Both the position numbers and the translations under genes were made by a program. Under the pieces are notes generated by a model that was not told where the DNA came from, ran no database searches, and worked only from the letters and a program-made list of their open reading frames with translations. A stretch of 43,519 bases of DNA from a virus, in UHGV virus genome UHGV-0308184. The stretch is one strand, 5' to 3'. The first letter of the stretch is position 1. Each line of letters starts with the position of its first letter. This document shows, piece after piece, positions 9,741 through 19,093 of this stretch.

Positions 9741-10856
9741 ATGTATGATTGCAGAACAATTTATCCTCAAAAAAGGTACTTACAATTCAGAGATGTTGTA
9801 ATTGGTGCATACGATATGATTCAAGATGCAGATTTGAGTGGAGGATTCAAAACTACCACTCAAGCATTTAGTTTTGGTCATGGTAGTTATACTAATGCAA
9901 AACAAATACAACAGTATTCAACTGAACAAAAGTTAGCATTAACACTAAAGATAAATTATTCTATGTTTTCTATGGACCAAAAACAGTTTTATAAAGAATT
10001 CTTATATAGTGAGCTTTCTAAGATTGGTAAGCTATGGGCAATTGAAAATCGTCGAATAATTTGGACATATGCTTTTGTAGAAAGTTTTTCAGAACCTTAC
10101 AGCATTGAAAAAAACACTTTTTCTGTCGATTTGAACTTTATATTATATGAAGGAATTTGGCACTATGCAGATGAAAAGAAAACATTTTTGAAACCTTACG
10201 ATGCGTGTTCTTTCGCTGATTGTCTAGAATTTGAAGAAATAGACACTTGTCAGGACGATATCTACGGATGCTGTATTAGTTGTCAAAAAAATAATATTAA
10301 ACATAAAGATTGTCAAAAATGTTCTTGTGAATGTGATTTTCTTACTAAGGAAGACAGTCTGTGTGTTAAACAAAAAGATATAGAAAAAGATTACTGGAAA
10401 TATTGTAGTGGTGGTTATCAAATAATTTATAACTGTAATAAAGGTCGTCATCTATGGGGATATAATAAGATGCTCGGAACGAAAATTTGTAAGAAAGAGC
10501 TTTGCAATAACTATGTTGCTGGAAAGTTTTATAGTAATACCGTTTTGGAGACTGATGTATTCACAATGACTATTATTGGCAGAGTAGAAGATCCAGTTAT
10601 TCATTTAAATGGTAACGCAATGCGTTTAAAAGGTATATACGATGGAGAGTTACTTATTGAATCAAATGGAGATGTTTTCTATCGTGAAGATGACTGCTGC
10701 GATTTTGATAAGTTACCGATTGAAAATCTTGAATTGATGAATTGTAACACTTTTGGATGGTCCATAAAGCATGGGTACAACAGCTTACTAGTAGAAACAA
10801 ACGATTGCTGTGAGCCAGTTTGTGTATTTATCAAAGAGGATAAAATTACGTACTAG
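9741..10856 (+). CDS. Distal tail protein (Dit)-position protein with a cysteine-rich insertion.
   Basis: It is the first gene after the tape measure, with RBS GAGAGGAG 7 nt upstream of ATG 9741 (the track start is TTG 9738). The C-terminal half holds about 25 Cys, including CCISCQ and CQKCSCECD. Confidence 0.45.
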   Translation: MYDCRTIYPQKRYLQFRDVVIGAYDMIQDADLSGGFKTTTQAFSFGHGSYTNAKQIQQYSTEQKLALTLKINYSMFSMDQKQFYKEFLYSELSKIGKLWAIENRRIIWTYAFVESFSEPYSIEKNTFSVDLNFILYEGIWHYADEKKTFLKPYDACSFADCLEFEEIDTCQDDIYGCCISCQKNNIKHKDCQKCSCECDFLTKEDSLCVKQKDIEKDYWKYCSGGYQIIYNCNKGRHLWGYNKMLGTKICKKELCNNYVAGKFYSNTVLETDVFTMTIIGRVEDPVIHLNGNAMRLKGIYDGELLIESNGDVFYREDDCCDFDKLPIENLELMNCNTFGWSIKHGYNSLLVETNDCCEPVCVFIKEDKITY

Positions 10857-10870
10857 AAAGGATGATTTAC

Positions 10871-11773
10871 ATGTCTAAAAATTGCAAATCTTGTAAGGAC
10901 TTAAAGAATAGGGGCATAGATGTTGACTGTTGTTTTGAAATTGGCGACAAAGAATGTGCTAGCTTAGGTGATGATAAAGGATTTAATGGCAAGAAAAACG
11001 ATTGTCAAGATATGCATGATTTAAATGATTGTTTACTAGGTAGAGCCGACAGTGCTCTCGATATTCATGATGATTGTGATTGGAAAGGATATTTAAAAAA
11101 ATTAGTATCTACACTTTATAATCTACAGAAGATGACAATTTGTGCAATTTGTGGAATTTGGAAAAAGATTCATTGGATTGAAGAACAGATTGAAAAAATT
11201 TGGAAAAAAATTGCAAAAATGGAAGATGATATCGATAATATAGCTTCACAGAATTGGGAAATTAACACTAGATATGGGATTCAAGAATCAACAAAAGGGA
11301 TGAGTGTTTCAATTAATCGAGGTAATGGTGATTTCATTTTTAGATGGAAAGATTGGGGAGACGCTGAACAGACCCAATATTTAGGAGAAGGAGAAATAAG
11401 AGGGACTGTTAATTTTGGAATGAGACCATCATCAAATGCTAGCTTTGATTGGCAAGTTCGTGATGTAGTAATCCAAAATTTATCATATAAAACAAATAAC
11501 ATTAGGTCAGTACCATTTACTTTACACCTTTATTTAACTCGTGCTGGAGAACAAGAGATATATACAAAATCACATGATACTACTAAATCCTTTAATGACA
11601 ATATTAATAAAACACTAAAATTAAATAATAATGGAAATGTGGGGATTTCTAGTTCTAGTGGTTGGTTACAATTTTTAGAATTCTTCAATGATGGCCCTGT
11701 TGCTGATGATAGAGCCAATTTACAAATTGAATTTAAAAATAATGGGAAACCTAAACCACCTCGTTATATTTAA
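10871..11773 (+). CDS. Cysteine-rich baseplate or tail protein.
   Basis: ATG 10871 has RBS AAAGGA. The N-terminus is Cys-rich: NCKSCKD, DCCFE, ECASLG, DCQD, DDCDW. Confidence 0.4.
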   Translation: MSKNCKSCKDLKNRGIDVDCCFEIGDKECASLGDDKGFNGKKNDCQDMHDLNDCLLGRADSALDIHDDCDWKGYLKKLVSTLYNLQKMTICAICGIWKKIHWIEEQIEKIWKKIAKMEDDIDNIASQNWEINTRYGIQESTKGMSVSINRGNGDFIFRWKDWGDAEQTQYLGEGEIRGTVNFGMRPSSNASFDWQVRDVVIQNLSYKTNNIRSVPFTLHLYLTRAGEQEIYTKSHDTTKSFNDNINKTLKLNNNGNVGISSSSGWLQFLEFFNDGPVADDRANLQIEFKNNGKPKPPRYI

Positions 11774-11809
11774 TAATCATTAGGAAAGGCCAAAGGAAGG
11801 TGGTAATTA

Positions 11810-14386
11810 ATGCCTAGTCATGATGCATCAATTCAGTGGTTTGAAGCGAGAAAGGGAAAAGTTGTTTACTCTATGAGTGCTCGTCTTGGCCCGAATAGTT
11901 ACGACTGCTCAAGCGCAGTTTACTTATCATTGATCGCAGGCGGTTTTTTGCCAAGTGGTACAATGGGCAATACAGAAACCTTGTTTGGATCATTAGAAAG
12001 TATTGGTTGGAAACAGACGCCGAATCCCAAACGTGGAGATATATTTATTTGGGGTGTTCGTGGAGCTAGCGATGGTGCAGGAGGACACACTGGCATGTTT
12101 ATTGACAGTTCGTCAGTGATTCATTGTAATTACGGAGCTAACGGAATTTCCATAGATAATTATCAGTTTATTTTAAAAAATAATGGTGGAATGCCAAGTG
12201 TTATTTATACAGATCCAAAAAATGATGGCGGAAATAATCCCACCCCTCCACCAAAACGTGTTTTAAGTAAAGAGCAACAAGTTGCTGTAGATATTAGAAA
12301 TGTGCTTTCAAAAGAAGGCTACACAATACAAGCTATTGCTGCTATATGTGGTAATGCTGATGTTGAATGTGGAATGCGCCCCGATATTTCTGAAATTGGC
12401 GGCGGTGGTGGATATGGAGTAGTTCAGTGGACAAGTCCGAATGCATGGGAAAGCGGAGCGAATTATGTTCAACGTTTACTTAGAGAAGCGGGCATTGATG
12501 GTGATTATAAAATGGCGTCAACACAAGCTAAATTAATTCACTATGGTATGTTTCATGGTCAATGGATTGGAGTTGTTAGTCCGACTGATGCAAAAGATTT
12601 TATTAAGGGTACAAATGTCGATCAATTAACAATAGCATTTCTGAAAAACTTTGAACGTGCAGGAGTTGAGAAAACACAAGCACGTATAACAGCTGCAAAA
12701 AAATGGTTCGACTTCTTACTGAATTATAAAGAAGGGGATTATGATGATCCAACTCCAGAAAATACTAAGGAAAAATTACGAAATGTTGGTGAAATTGATC
12801 AATTAGGTATTAAAAATGGAAAAGTTTTTGTAAAAGGTTGGCATTTTTCGAGTGACTTACCAATGGAAAATATAGAAATCTATAATGCTGAAACAGCGAA
12901 ATTAATTTACCAATTCAATAACATTCCTATAAAAATTCGTAATGATATAAAAGAAAAATATCCTAATGTTGAAGATGTCGAAAAGTCAGGATTTGAATTA
13001 TCGTTTACGCTGAAAGCAAATGAAGCGATATTTATCAAAGGTATTCGAACTGACGGGCAAGAAAAAGAGGAGTTGTATTTTGACAACCTTTTAATGTTTG
13101 AACCAGTTGAAAATGCCCCAGTAGATAATTACGCTGAAGATAATAGAAAATTTTTCTTCGAAATCTTTGAAAAAGGAAAACTTGTTGCAAGAGGTAATAA
13201 GATTTTAAATACATTATCTTGGAGTAATGAGTTGATGTATGTGCCTACAACTTCACTCGTTTTGCCAATCACTTATCGTGAATATTTTAAAGGTCGAGAA
13301 GAAGTGAAAATATATATTAACAATAAAGTTTTTCATGGGATTACAAGTGATTATGATGTCGATAAGGAATTTGAAACAATAACTATACAACTTGATCATA
13401 TAATCAGCGAATGGGAATTCCGACAAGTATCCACCAATTTAGCATGTAAGAATAGAACAATTAATGATATTTTTAGTACTCTTGATTTTCGATATTCAAA
13501 TAAATGGCATTTAGATTATTTACAAAACTCTTCTCAAAAAAGAATAGACTATGTATATAGTAGACAAAACAAACTTGAGGCATTAACAAAAACATGTGAA
13601 TTAACAGATGATATTTGGTGGAGAGTTGGTTTTAATTTTGGTAGAAAATTAGAATTTGGAACTTTTGGAGAAACTAAACCTGTTCAGATATCATCCGTTA
13701 GAAATGCGCCATATCGTTTAATTAGCGAACCTAAAATTGACTATCAGTTTGATCAAGTAATAAATATGGCTACTGTATATGGAGAAAAATCAGATAGTGG
13801 TATGTCTAGTATGAGTTTGCGTGAAGTTTATTTAGAACCACATACACAGATAAAAGGATTTCCAGTTCGTGTTCTTCGAAAAGGTATCAATAACGAACGT
13901 GGTTATGATTATATCAATCTTGCAAAGATTGCTTCTAATAATAATGTTGAATACACAGTAATTGATGAACAAAGTGTAAGAGATGAAAGTAATATATCTA
14001 TTGAAGCGAGTTATTCGTTTAATGATTTAGCACCATTTGCAGTAAATGATAAAAAAATTAGTGATGAAGATAGAAATAAAGCAACTAGAACTGCATATGA
14101 AACAGCGGTTAAAAGATTAAAACAAGCAAGAAGAAAATACTACATTGATATCACAACAACTGAATTACCGTCTGACATTAATGTCGGAGATCAAATTCGT
14201 TTGCTATATGATAACAATAAATTAATAACAGAAGGATGTTCTGATTATCAAAAAGAAATCATGAAGATGAGTGATTGGTACTATATTTTGAAAATTGATT
14301 ACAATTTTGATGAAACAGGATTAGAAACAAATAGACTGACTTTGAGTAAAAATTTATCAATTGAGCGGAAGGCAGATGAACGATGA
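11810..14386 (+). CDS. Tail-associated lysin (virion-associated peptidoglycan hydrolase) with an N-terminal CHAP/NlpC-P60-like Cys peptidase and a phage tail lysozyme-like domain.
   Basis: Catalytic-looking YDCSSAV (Cys) and GGHTGMF (His) motifs, then an E-x-GGGG-YGVVQWT glycine loop typical of tail lysozymes, then about 550 aa of probable tail-tip structure. Confidence 0.65.
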   Translation: MPSHDASIQWFEARKGKVVYSMSARLGPNSYDCSSAVYLSLIAGGFLPSGTMGNTETLFGSLESIGWKQTPNPKRGDIFIWGVRGASDGAGGHTGMFIDSSSVIHCNYGANGISIDNYQFILKNNGGMPSVIYTDPKNDGGNNPTPPPKRVLSKEQQVAVDIRNVLSKEGYTIQAIAAICGNADVECGMRPDISEIGGGGGYGVVQWTSPNAWESGANYVQRLLREAGIDGDYKMASTQAKLIHYGMFHGQWIGVVSPTDAKDFIKGTNVDQLTIAFLKNFERAGVEKTQARITAAKKWFDFLLNYKEGDYDDPTPENTKEKLRNVGEIDQLGIKNGKVFVKGWHFSSDLPMENIEIYNAETAKLIYQFNNIPIKIRNDIKEKYPNVEDVEKSGFELSFTLKANEAIFIKGIRTDGQEKEELYFDNLLMFEPVENAPVDNYAEDNRKFFFEIFEKGKLVARGNKILNTLSWSNELMYVPTTSLVLPITYREYFKGREEVKIYINNKVFHGITSDYDVDKEFETITIQLDHIISEWEFRQVSTNLACKNRTINDIFSTLDFRYSNKWHLDYLQNSSQKRIDYVYSRQNKLEALTKTCELTDDIWWRVGFNFGRKLEFGTFGETKPVQISSVRNAPYRLISEPKIDYQFDQVINMATVYGEKSDSGMSSMSLREVYLEPHTQIKGFPVRVLRKGINNERGYDYINLAKIASNNNVEYTVIDEQSVRDESNISIEASYSFNDLAPFAVNDKKISDEDRNKATRTAYETAVKRLKQARRKYYIDITTTELPSDINVGDQIRLLYDNNKLITEGCSDYQKEIMKMSDWYYILKIDYNFDETGLETNRLTLSKNLSIERKADER

Positions 14387-15075
14387 TGAATTATGATGAT
14401 GCATTGATTAAAGTAGCAGAAAGAACTCAAAACAATCGTAAACAAAATCGACAAGATACGATGCAACGTAGACATCAGGTCACTGAAATCTATGGTCAAG
14501 AATATACTGCTCAAGGGGATTCAAATACACCAGCCATTGTTTATTTGCCTGTAAGTAAGGACCTTGTATATCACGAAGTTATGGAGCTTCAAATTCGTAT
14601 TTCTGGATTTGAGATGCCTGTTAAAGGTGGAGAAACTACAAATGCATCATTAAAATTAACCAATACCAGATTAGAAATAGGTAGCACGAATATTCCACCA
14701 AATAACCATAGCCATTCATTAAGCCCAAATCCACATACTCATGAATTAAATCCAAATCCTCATAGTCACAGTCTGAGTGCTGGCATTCAAACTTTTCCTT
14801 CAACAGCCACCGAATTCCGATTGGAAATCAGTGGAGTGGATATCACAGATGCAATAAAACTAGAGTATCCATCAAATTGGATAGATGGTAATGGTGTCTT
14901 TCCTAAAAGTGACGATGGATTATTGCATTATAATCTTTTAGGTATATTGCCACATTTACAGCCATGGCAACAAAACGTTATTTTGTCGAGTGGGTTAAAA
15001 GAAATAAAAATATATGGCAATGGAGTGTTTAAAGCAACTGTTGCAGAATTTTTCAAGTTTTCACATAGAAATTAG
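14383..15075 (+). CDS. Putative tail fibre or receptor-binding component with histidine-rich HxH repeats.
   Basis: NHSHSLSPNPHTHELNPNPHSHSLS lies at about 14701..14775. The gene sits in the fibre region downstream of the lysin. Confidence 0.4.
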   Translation: MMNYDDALIKVAERTQNNRKQNRQDTMQRRHQVTEIYGQEYTAQGDSNTPAIVYLPVSKDLVYHEVMELQIRISGFEMPVKGGETTNASLKLTNTRLEIGSTNIPPNNHSHSLSPNPHTHELNPNPHSHSLSAGIQTFPSTATEFRLEISGVDITDAIKLEYPSNWIDGNGVFPKSDDGLLHYNLLGILPHLQPWQQNVILSSGLKEIKIYGNGVFKATVAEFFKFSHRN

Positions 15076-15087
15076 GGGGTAGCTACA

Positions 15088-15576
15088 ATGGCAGAAAATA
15101 AACAAGCTAGTGAAGGGTTAGCAGAAGATTTAATTAGAAGCATGGTTCAAACAGCTTCTATAGAACTACATTTAAAAACATTGGTTGAAAAAAGGCAATC
15201 TGAAATGGATAACGGTTTAATAGATACTAATGATTTCAATCGGGTTAATGAGCAGATCGACGTATTAAAAAATTTGAAAGAAGAACTGTTTGAAGTTACT
15301 GAACAACGTCGACAAGATATGCGTACGCTATTTGATTTATTTGAAGGTAAAGGTGATAAGGAACAATGGTGTATAGTTAAACACGCTGCAATGGCAATGT
15401 ATACAGCTTTTGAAGCTTGGCAAGCCAGTGATAACGATCGTTTACTTTATCAAATATGTATTGAAAAAAATGCTTATTTCATCAAAAAAATCACTCAATT
15501 TACAGGAGTACCCATTACCGAATGTGCTTCTTGCTTTAGCGATATGATGAAAGGGGCTATTGATGATGAGGGTTAG
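15088..15576 (+). CDS. Hypothetical acidic protein in the tail-fibre region.
   Basis: RBS AGGGGG, 162 aa. Confidence 0.45.
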   Translation: MAENKQASEGLAEDLIRSMVQTASIELHLKTLVEKRQSEMDNGLIDTNDFNRVNEQIDVLKNLKEELFEVTEQRRQDMRTLFDLFEGKGDKEQWCIVKHAAMAMYTAFEAWQASDNDRLLYQICIEKNAYFIKKITQFTGVPITECASCFSDMMKGAIDDEG

Positions 15577-16423
15577 AAGCTTTTGTTCTGATTGTGGCAA
15601 TATAGGATTTAGTCCATGTGAATCAGATGTAAGTATTTGTTCATTTGAACGTGTAGATGAACTACCAGCTATAGAAGCTGCTGAAGAATGTGTTGCGTAT
15701 ATATTGCCAAACAATAGTGCTCATGTTTTATCCTTTGATAAAAAAAGTTTTACAGATTTTAAAGGTCGAAAAGGAGACAAAGGCGATATTGGTCCACAAG
15801 GTCCAAAAGGAGATAAGGGGGATATAGGCCCTAGAGGCCCAGAAGGTTTACAAGGAGACATTGGACCACAAGGAGAAAAAGGAGAAACAGGCTCGCAAGG
15901 TCCGATTGGTTTAAAAGGACCTAAAGGTGACAAGGGGGATACTGGTCCACAAGGTCCAAAAGGTGAAAAAGGAAACGATGGTGTTCCAGGCGCAAAAGGA
16001 GAGCAAGGACCTAAAGGTGATACGCCTGATATAAGCAATTTAGTTACTAAAACACAGTATACAAATGATTTAAATAAAAAGATTGACAAAACGGCATTTA
16101 ATGCTGTTGGTCAACATATTTCTTACAATGGAATTACTATTCACATTCAAAGATCAAATACAATTATTACATGTAATGTTGAAGGAATTTTTAAAAAAGG
16201 AAAAGCCAATGGTTGGCATGGTGTGGATACCTATATTCAAGCTAGCTATAGACCTCAAAATATGATTATTAAAATACCGTTAACCTTAAATATAGGCAAT
16301 ACGATTCAAACAAATAAATATGCAGCAATACAAATAGAAACATCTGGTCGAATTATGATTCGAGTTTATGGACTTCAAAATGATGATGTAGAATTTGGAG
16401 GGAGTGCAACATGGATAAGATAA
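15560..16423 (+). CDS. Collagen-like repeat tail fibre protein.
   Basis: 29 consecutive G-X-Y triplets (GPKGDKGDIGPQ...) followed by a C-terminal globular domain. Confidence 0.6.
   Translation: MMMRVRSFCSDCGNIGFSPCESDVSICSFERVDELPAIEAAEECVAYILPNNSAHVLSFDKKSFTDFKGRKGDKGDIGPQGPKGDKGDIGPRGPEGLQGDIGPQGEKGETGSQGPIGLKGPKGDKGDTGPQGPKGEKGNDGVPGAKGEQGPKGDTPDISNLVTKTQYTNDLNKKIDKTAFNAVGQHISYNGITIHIQRSNTIITCNVEGIFKKGKANGWHGVDTYIQASYRPQNMIIKIPLTLNIGNTIQTNKYAAIQIETSGRIMIRVYGLQNDDVEFGGSATWIR
15764..16024 (+). repeat. Collagen-like G-X-Y coding repeat (about 29 triplets).
   Basis: Direct reading of the translation. Confidence 0.8.
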
Positions 16424-16830
16424 AAATATGGATTACAATGGACGAAAATCAAATGCTTACGGACTATTCGTTTATTGCTAAGAAAAACTATATTGAAATT
16501 GAAGTAAATGAAGAGCCAAAAGATTATTTGAACTGGGGTTTACGCAATGGCAAATTAGTTCATTATCCTGATGATTTAAATGGCCTAACAAATAATAGAA
16601 CAACTTCTTTTGTTGGGAATGTAATGTTGAACTTTGCGGTTATTTCTTGGGCATTGTCTTATATACCACTAATCGGCAAAGTTATTTTAGATTATCCTAA
16701 ATATGCAGATATTAAAGCTGAATACGGCTTACTTGGATTGACAGATGACAATATGAAAACATTTGTTAGTTACAAACGAATTACAGAAAAACAATATGAA
16801 GAAATAACAGGAAACTCCTACAAAAAATAA
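16411..16830 (+). CDS. Hypothetical protein in the tail-fibre or lysis region, 139 aa.
   Basis: Start overlaps the upstream stop, suggesting translational coupling. Confidence 0.45.
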   Translation: MDKIKIWITMDENQMLTDYSFIAKKNYIEIEVNEEPKDYLNWGLRNGKLVHYPDDLNGLTNNRTTSFVGNVMLNFAVISWALSYIPLIGKVILDYPKYADIKAEYGLLGLTDDNMKTFVSYKRITEKQYEEITGNSYKK

Positions 16831-16842
16831 GTTGGTGAGAAT

Positions 16843-17097
16843 ATGTCTATAGGAGAGATTATTACAATTATAACGTTTGTAGGTGGTATTATCGGTTTTT
16901 TAATAAAAAATTATACCTTACTACAAAAACTAGATGAAACAGTAAATAAGCTTAATTTATTAATTGATCAAACTAAAGAAAAACAAGGCTTAGTAGAGGA
17001 TGAAGTAATAAAATTAAATGAACAAATAAAATCTTTATGGAACAATTTAAAAGAAAATAACGAAAGAATACGAGATTTAGAACGGAGGGGCAAATAA
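16843..17097 (+). CDS. Small membrane and coiled-coil protein, possibly a lysis accessory such as an antiholin or XhlA-like protein.
   Basis: One N-terminal transmembrane helix (IITIITFVGGIIGFLI) followed by a charged coiled coil. Confidence 0.4.
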   Translation: MSIGEIITIITFVGGIIGFLIKNYTLLQKLDETVNKLNLLIDQTKEKQGLVEDEVIKLNEQIKSLWNNLKENNERIRDLERRGK

Positions 17098-17375
17098 TGG
17101 ACTTTTCTAAAATTGAATTGATGCCATTAGTGGTGCTAGGGTGTTTAGCTGTCGGGTTTGTTATTAAAAATACTAATATATTAAAAGATAAATATAATCA
17201 GTTTATTCCTTTAATTGTATTCATTTTAGGTATATTAATCTCATGGTGGATACAAGGTAAAATCACACCTGAAAATACAATATATGGGGCTTTAAGTGGA
17301 TTAGCAAGCACTGGCTTACATCAATCTTTTAAAAATTTTATAGGAGATGATAAAAATGACATTGAACGGAATTGA
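17097..17375 (+). CDS. Holin.
   Basis: 92 aa with two or three hydrophobic helices and a charged C-terminus, directly upstream of the endolysin. Confidence 0.6.
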   Translation: MDFSKIELMPLVVLGCLAVGFVIKNTNILKDKYNQFIPLIVFILGILISWWIQGKITPENTIYGALSGLASTGLHQSFKNFIGDDKNDIERN

Positions 17376-18348
17376 TATTTCTAGTTGGCAATCAAATATT
17401 AACGTAGGTAAAGAAGGTGTCCCTGCAGATTTTGTTATAGTTAAAGCTACAGGAGGAACAGGATATATAAATCCTGACTGTGATAGAGCATTCCAACAAG
17501 CCATTAGCAGTGGGAAAAAAGTAGCTGTATATCATTTTGCGAATGAGGTAGGACTTGAAGGGACAGCGGAACAAGAAGCTGAGTTCTTTTTAAAAAATAT
17601 TAAAGGTTATATCGGTAAGGCCGTCTTGGTTTTAGACTGGGAAAGTACTAATAAAGGAGACGTTGCTTGGGCTAAACGTTGGTTAGATTATGTTCAAGGT
17701 AAAACAGGGGTAAAACCTATGTTTTATACTTATACCAATGTTTTACAATCATATAATTTTAGCTCTATTGCAAAAGCTGATTATGGTTTGTGGTTAGCTG
17801 ATTACGGAGCAAATAATCCACAAGGATATTCCCAACCTACTCCGCCACCAGTCCCTTATTGGAATTTTATTTCAATGTATCAATATACGTCAAATGGTCA
17901 ATTGCCTGGCTGGAATGGTCGATTAGATTTAAACGTATTCTTTGGTGATAGAAGCATGTGGGACAAATACGCTAATCCCAAAAGTAATCCAACACCCGCT
18001 CCTCCAGTTCCTCCTAAACCTAAGCGCCGTTACGGATATAGAGTAGACGATTTACAATTTGTAAACGGTATTTGGCAAGTAAGAAATGATGTATTGGGGC
18101 AGCCGGACTTTGATTGGACAGAAAACGGAATTAATGTTGCTTATATTGATAAGATCGATCCGGCAACAGGAGAGAATATGCCAGATCAAGAATTAAAAGT
18201 CGGAGACTATTTTGCTTTTCAACCATCTTCTGTAGGGATCATTACCGAACAATACTCTTTAAATGGGAAAACAATCTCGCATGTTCAATTCCCAGATGAA
18301 TTTATTTGGTTGTACACAGAAAGTGTTGGGAAATTAATCTATGGGTAA
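17356..18348 (+). CDS. Endolysin with a GH25 N-acetylmuramidase domain and a C-terminal SH3b-type cell-wall-binding domain.
   Basis: GIDISSWQ and VIVKATGGTGY motifs of GH25, a Pro-rich linker, and a C-terminal SH3_5-like segment. RBS GGAGATGA precedes ATG 17356 (the track start is 17347). Confidence 0.8.
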   Translation: MTLNGIDISSWQSNINVGKEGVPADFVIVKATGGTGYINPDCDRAFQQAISSGKKVAVYHFANEVGLEGTAEQEAEFFLKNIKGYIGKAVLVLDWESTNKGDVAWAKRWLDYVQGKTGVKPMFYTYTNVLQSYNFSSIAKADYGLWLADYGANNPQGYSQPTPPPVPYWNFISMYQYTSNGQLPGWNGRLDLNVFFGDRSMWDKYANPKSNPTPAPPVPPKPKRRYGYRVDDLQFVNGIWQVRNDVLGQPDFDWTENGINVAYIDKIDPATGENMPDQELKVGDYFAFQPSSVGIITEQYSLNGKTISHVQFPDEFIWLYTESVGKLIYG

Positions 18349-18430
18349 ATGTTTCATCTGGTTACCCTAGAACTATCTGTTTAAATTAGTATGACTTATC
18401 AAACTTTAGCTACATTATGTACTAGTAAAT

Positions 18431-18469
18431 CCCTACCTCTCGCAATGAAATGAGAAGTAGGGATTTTTT
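18431..18469 (+). terminator. Rho-independent terminator of the late/lysis operon.
   Basis: 10-bp stem CCCTACCTCT/AGAAGTAGGG with one mismatch, a 12-nt loop, and a T tract. Confidence 0.65.
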
Positions 18470-18558
18470 ATAAAAATAGTTGAAATATAAAAAAAGATGA
18501 TTTAAAATATAGTTACCTTTTTAATACACTCATATATGATCTTCTTTCGAGAAGAGTG

Positions 18559-18589
18559 CTCCTATCTTATCCCAAGTCCAAGATAGGAG
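18559..18589 (+). terminator. Stable hairpin with a perfect 10-bp stem (CTCCTATCTT/AAGATAGGAG) and a weak U tract.
   Basis: Read directly. A CTTCT-TTCG-AGAAG tetraloop hairpin precedes it at 18541..18554. Confidence 0.45.
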
Positions 18590-18697
18590 TATTTTAATAT
18601 AATTGTATATTTGAATTTAAATAAAATACAATTATTTTGTAAAATGAAAACTTGTATTTTAATAAAGAAGGCGGTAAATGTCTTTACCAATTAATTT

Positions 18698-18950
18698 TTA
18701 TTTTTCATTTTTAGTACATCTTGCCGCCTTTCCCCAATGAGGCGGCATCTTTTTACATAAAAATTAATGAACTCAAAAAACAGATATTGTAATATTGATA
18801 CATATTAAAATTCTTATTTTTCATGCAGACTACCTTTTCCCGATAAGGTGGTCGTTTTTTTTGTTGAAATTTGAAAATTAGTAAAGTAAAATTATTATAT
18901 ATTAAGCTATAACCAGTAAGAACTATTTTATCCTCAATAAGGTGGTTCTT
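18698..18950 (+). repeat. Three spaced copies (about 100 bp apart) of a hairpin module with a conserved loop (CC(T)TTTCCCNNATNAGGYGG). Two copies are preceded by an identical TTATTTTTCAT box.
   Basis: Copy 1 stem GCCGCC/GGCGGC at 18723..18746 plus T tract. Copy 2 stem GACTACC/GGTGGTC at 18828..18853 plus T8. Copy 3 stem AAGAACTA/TGGTTCTT at 18918..18950. Boxes at 18698..18708 and 18814..18824. Confidence 0.55.
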
Positions 18951-18954
18951 ACTT

Positions 18955-19028
18955 GTACCATTAGCTCAGCTGGTTAGAGCAAACGGCTCATAACCGTTCG
19001 GTCACAGGTTCGAGTCCTGTATGGTCCA
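18955..19028 (+). tRNA. tRNA with anticodon CAT (Met or lysidine-Ile) and a U2-C71 acceptor-stem mismatch; no encoded CCA.
   Basis: Manual cloverleaf: acceptor GTACCAT/ATGGTCC, D stem GCTC/GAGC, anticodon stem AACGG/CCGTT with loop CTCATAA, T arm ACAGG-TTCGAGT-CCTGT. Confidence 0.6.
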
Positions 19029-19047
19029 TTCAAATAAGTAAAAGCTA

Positions 19048-19076
19048 TTGACAATATTTTAAAAGTATATTATTCT
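19048..19076 (+). promoter_or_regulatory. Putative sigma-A-like promoter (TTGACA, 17-nt spacer, TATTCT) downstream of the tRNA.
   Basis: Hexamers read by eye. The -10 element is weak. Confidence 0.25.
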
Positions 19077-19093
19077 TTAAAAAAGAAGACAAT

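Noticed and set aside
15721-16089. A minus-strand 122-aa ORF rich in P, G and S.
   Set aside because: It is the mirror image of the collagen-like G-X-Y repeat on the + strand, a repeat artefact.
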